The position numbers were made by a program, and so were the translations under genes. The notes below the pieces were generated by a model, which was not told the DNA's origin, searched no databases, and was given only the letters and a program-made list of their open reading frames with translations. DNA of 64,000 nucleotides, from contig CM052818.1 of the NCBI GenBank assembly GCA_028534125.1, positions 12,960,001 through 13,024,000 of the forward strand, given 5' to 3'. This document shows positions 63,894 through 64,000 of the stretch, in pieces (position 1 is the first letter of the stretch; each line of letters begins with the position of its first letter). The stretch is from Lama glama. Its lineage: Eukaryota.

Positions 63894-64000
63894 AAATAGG
63901 TACCTAGATCTAAACATTCTCCAAATTATCTTCCTGTGATAAAAGCCTTACAAACATAACTCTTAAAAAAGAGGAGAGAACATTAGGCACTTGGAGGTTT

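Noticed and set aside
1..64000. Supplied ORF track as protein-coding genes, and any prokaryotic-style system (operon, CRISPR, defence island)
   Set aside because: All ORFs are 152 aa or shorter, many start at non-ATG codons, and none resembles a cellular protein I recognise. The only homologies are L1 ORF2 and ERV-L pol. No repeat-spacer array is present.

Overview
AT-rich mammalian (eutherian) genomic DNA that reads as intronic or intergenic. I found no recognisable protein-coding exon, RNA gene, CRISPR array or prokaryotic feature. The supplied ORFs are chance frames, microsatellite read-through, or decayed L1/ERV-L coding remnants. The window is dominated by old interspersed repeats: L1MA/MB/MC/ME-type LINEs, L2, MIR, hAT MITEs (MER3, MER33, MER58, MER5), ERVL/MaLR/ERV1 solo LTRs and one ERV-L integrase-dUTPase-LTR fossil. 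Short cetartiodactyl-style L1 3' ends, a MER41-like LTR and the absence of young SINEs suggest Cetartiodactyla, possibly a camelid (inference). I cannot support a new biological system here. The best observations are mutational-mechanism fossils: a 31-bp locally templated insertion, a hairpin-flanked micro-inversion, a twin-primed L1 and tail-to-tail L1s with a target deletion. There are also CpG-retaining enhancer-like blocks and speculative minus-strand non-coding exons, including a possible U12-type intron. Repeat subfamily names come from recalled consensus sequences and boundaries are approximate.
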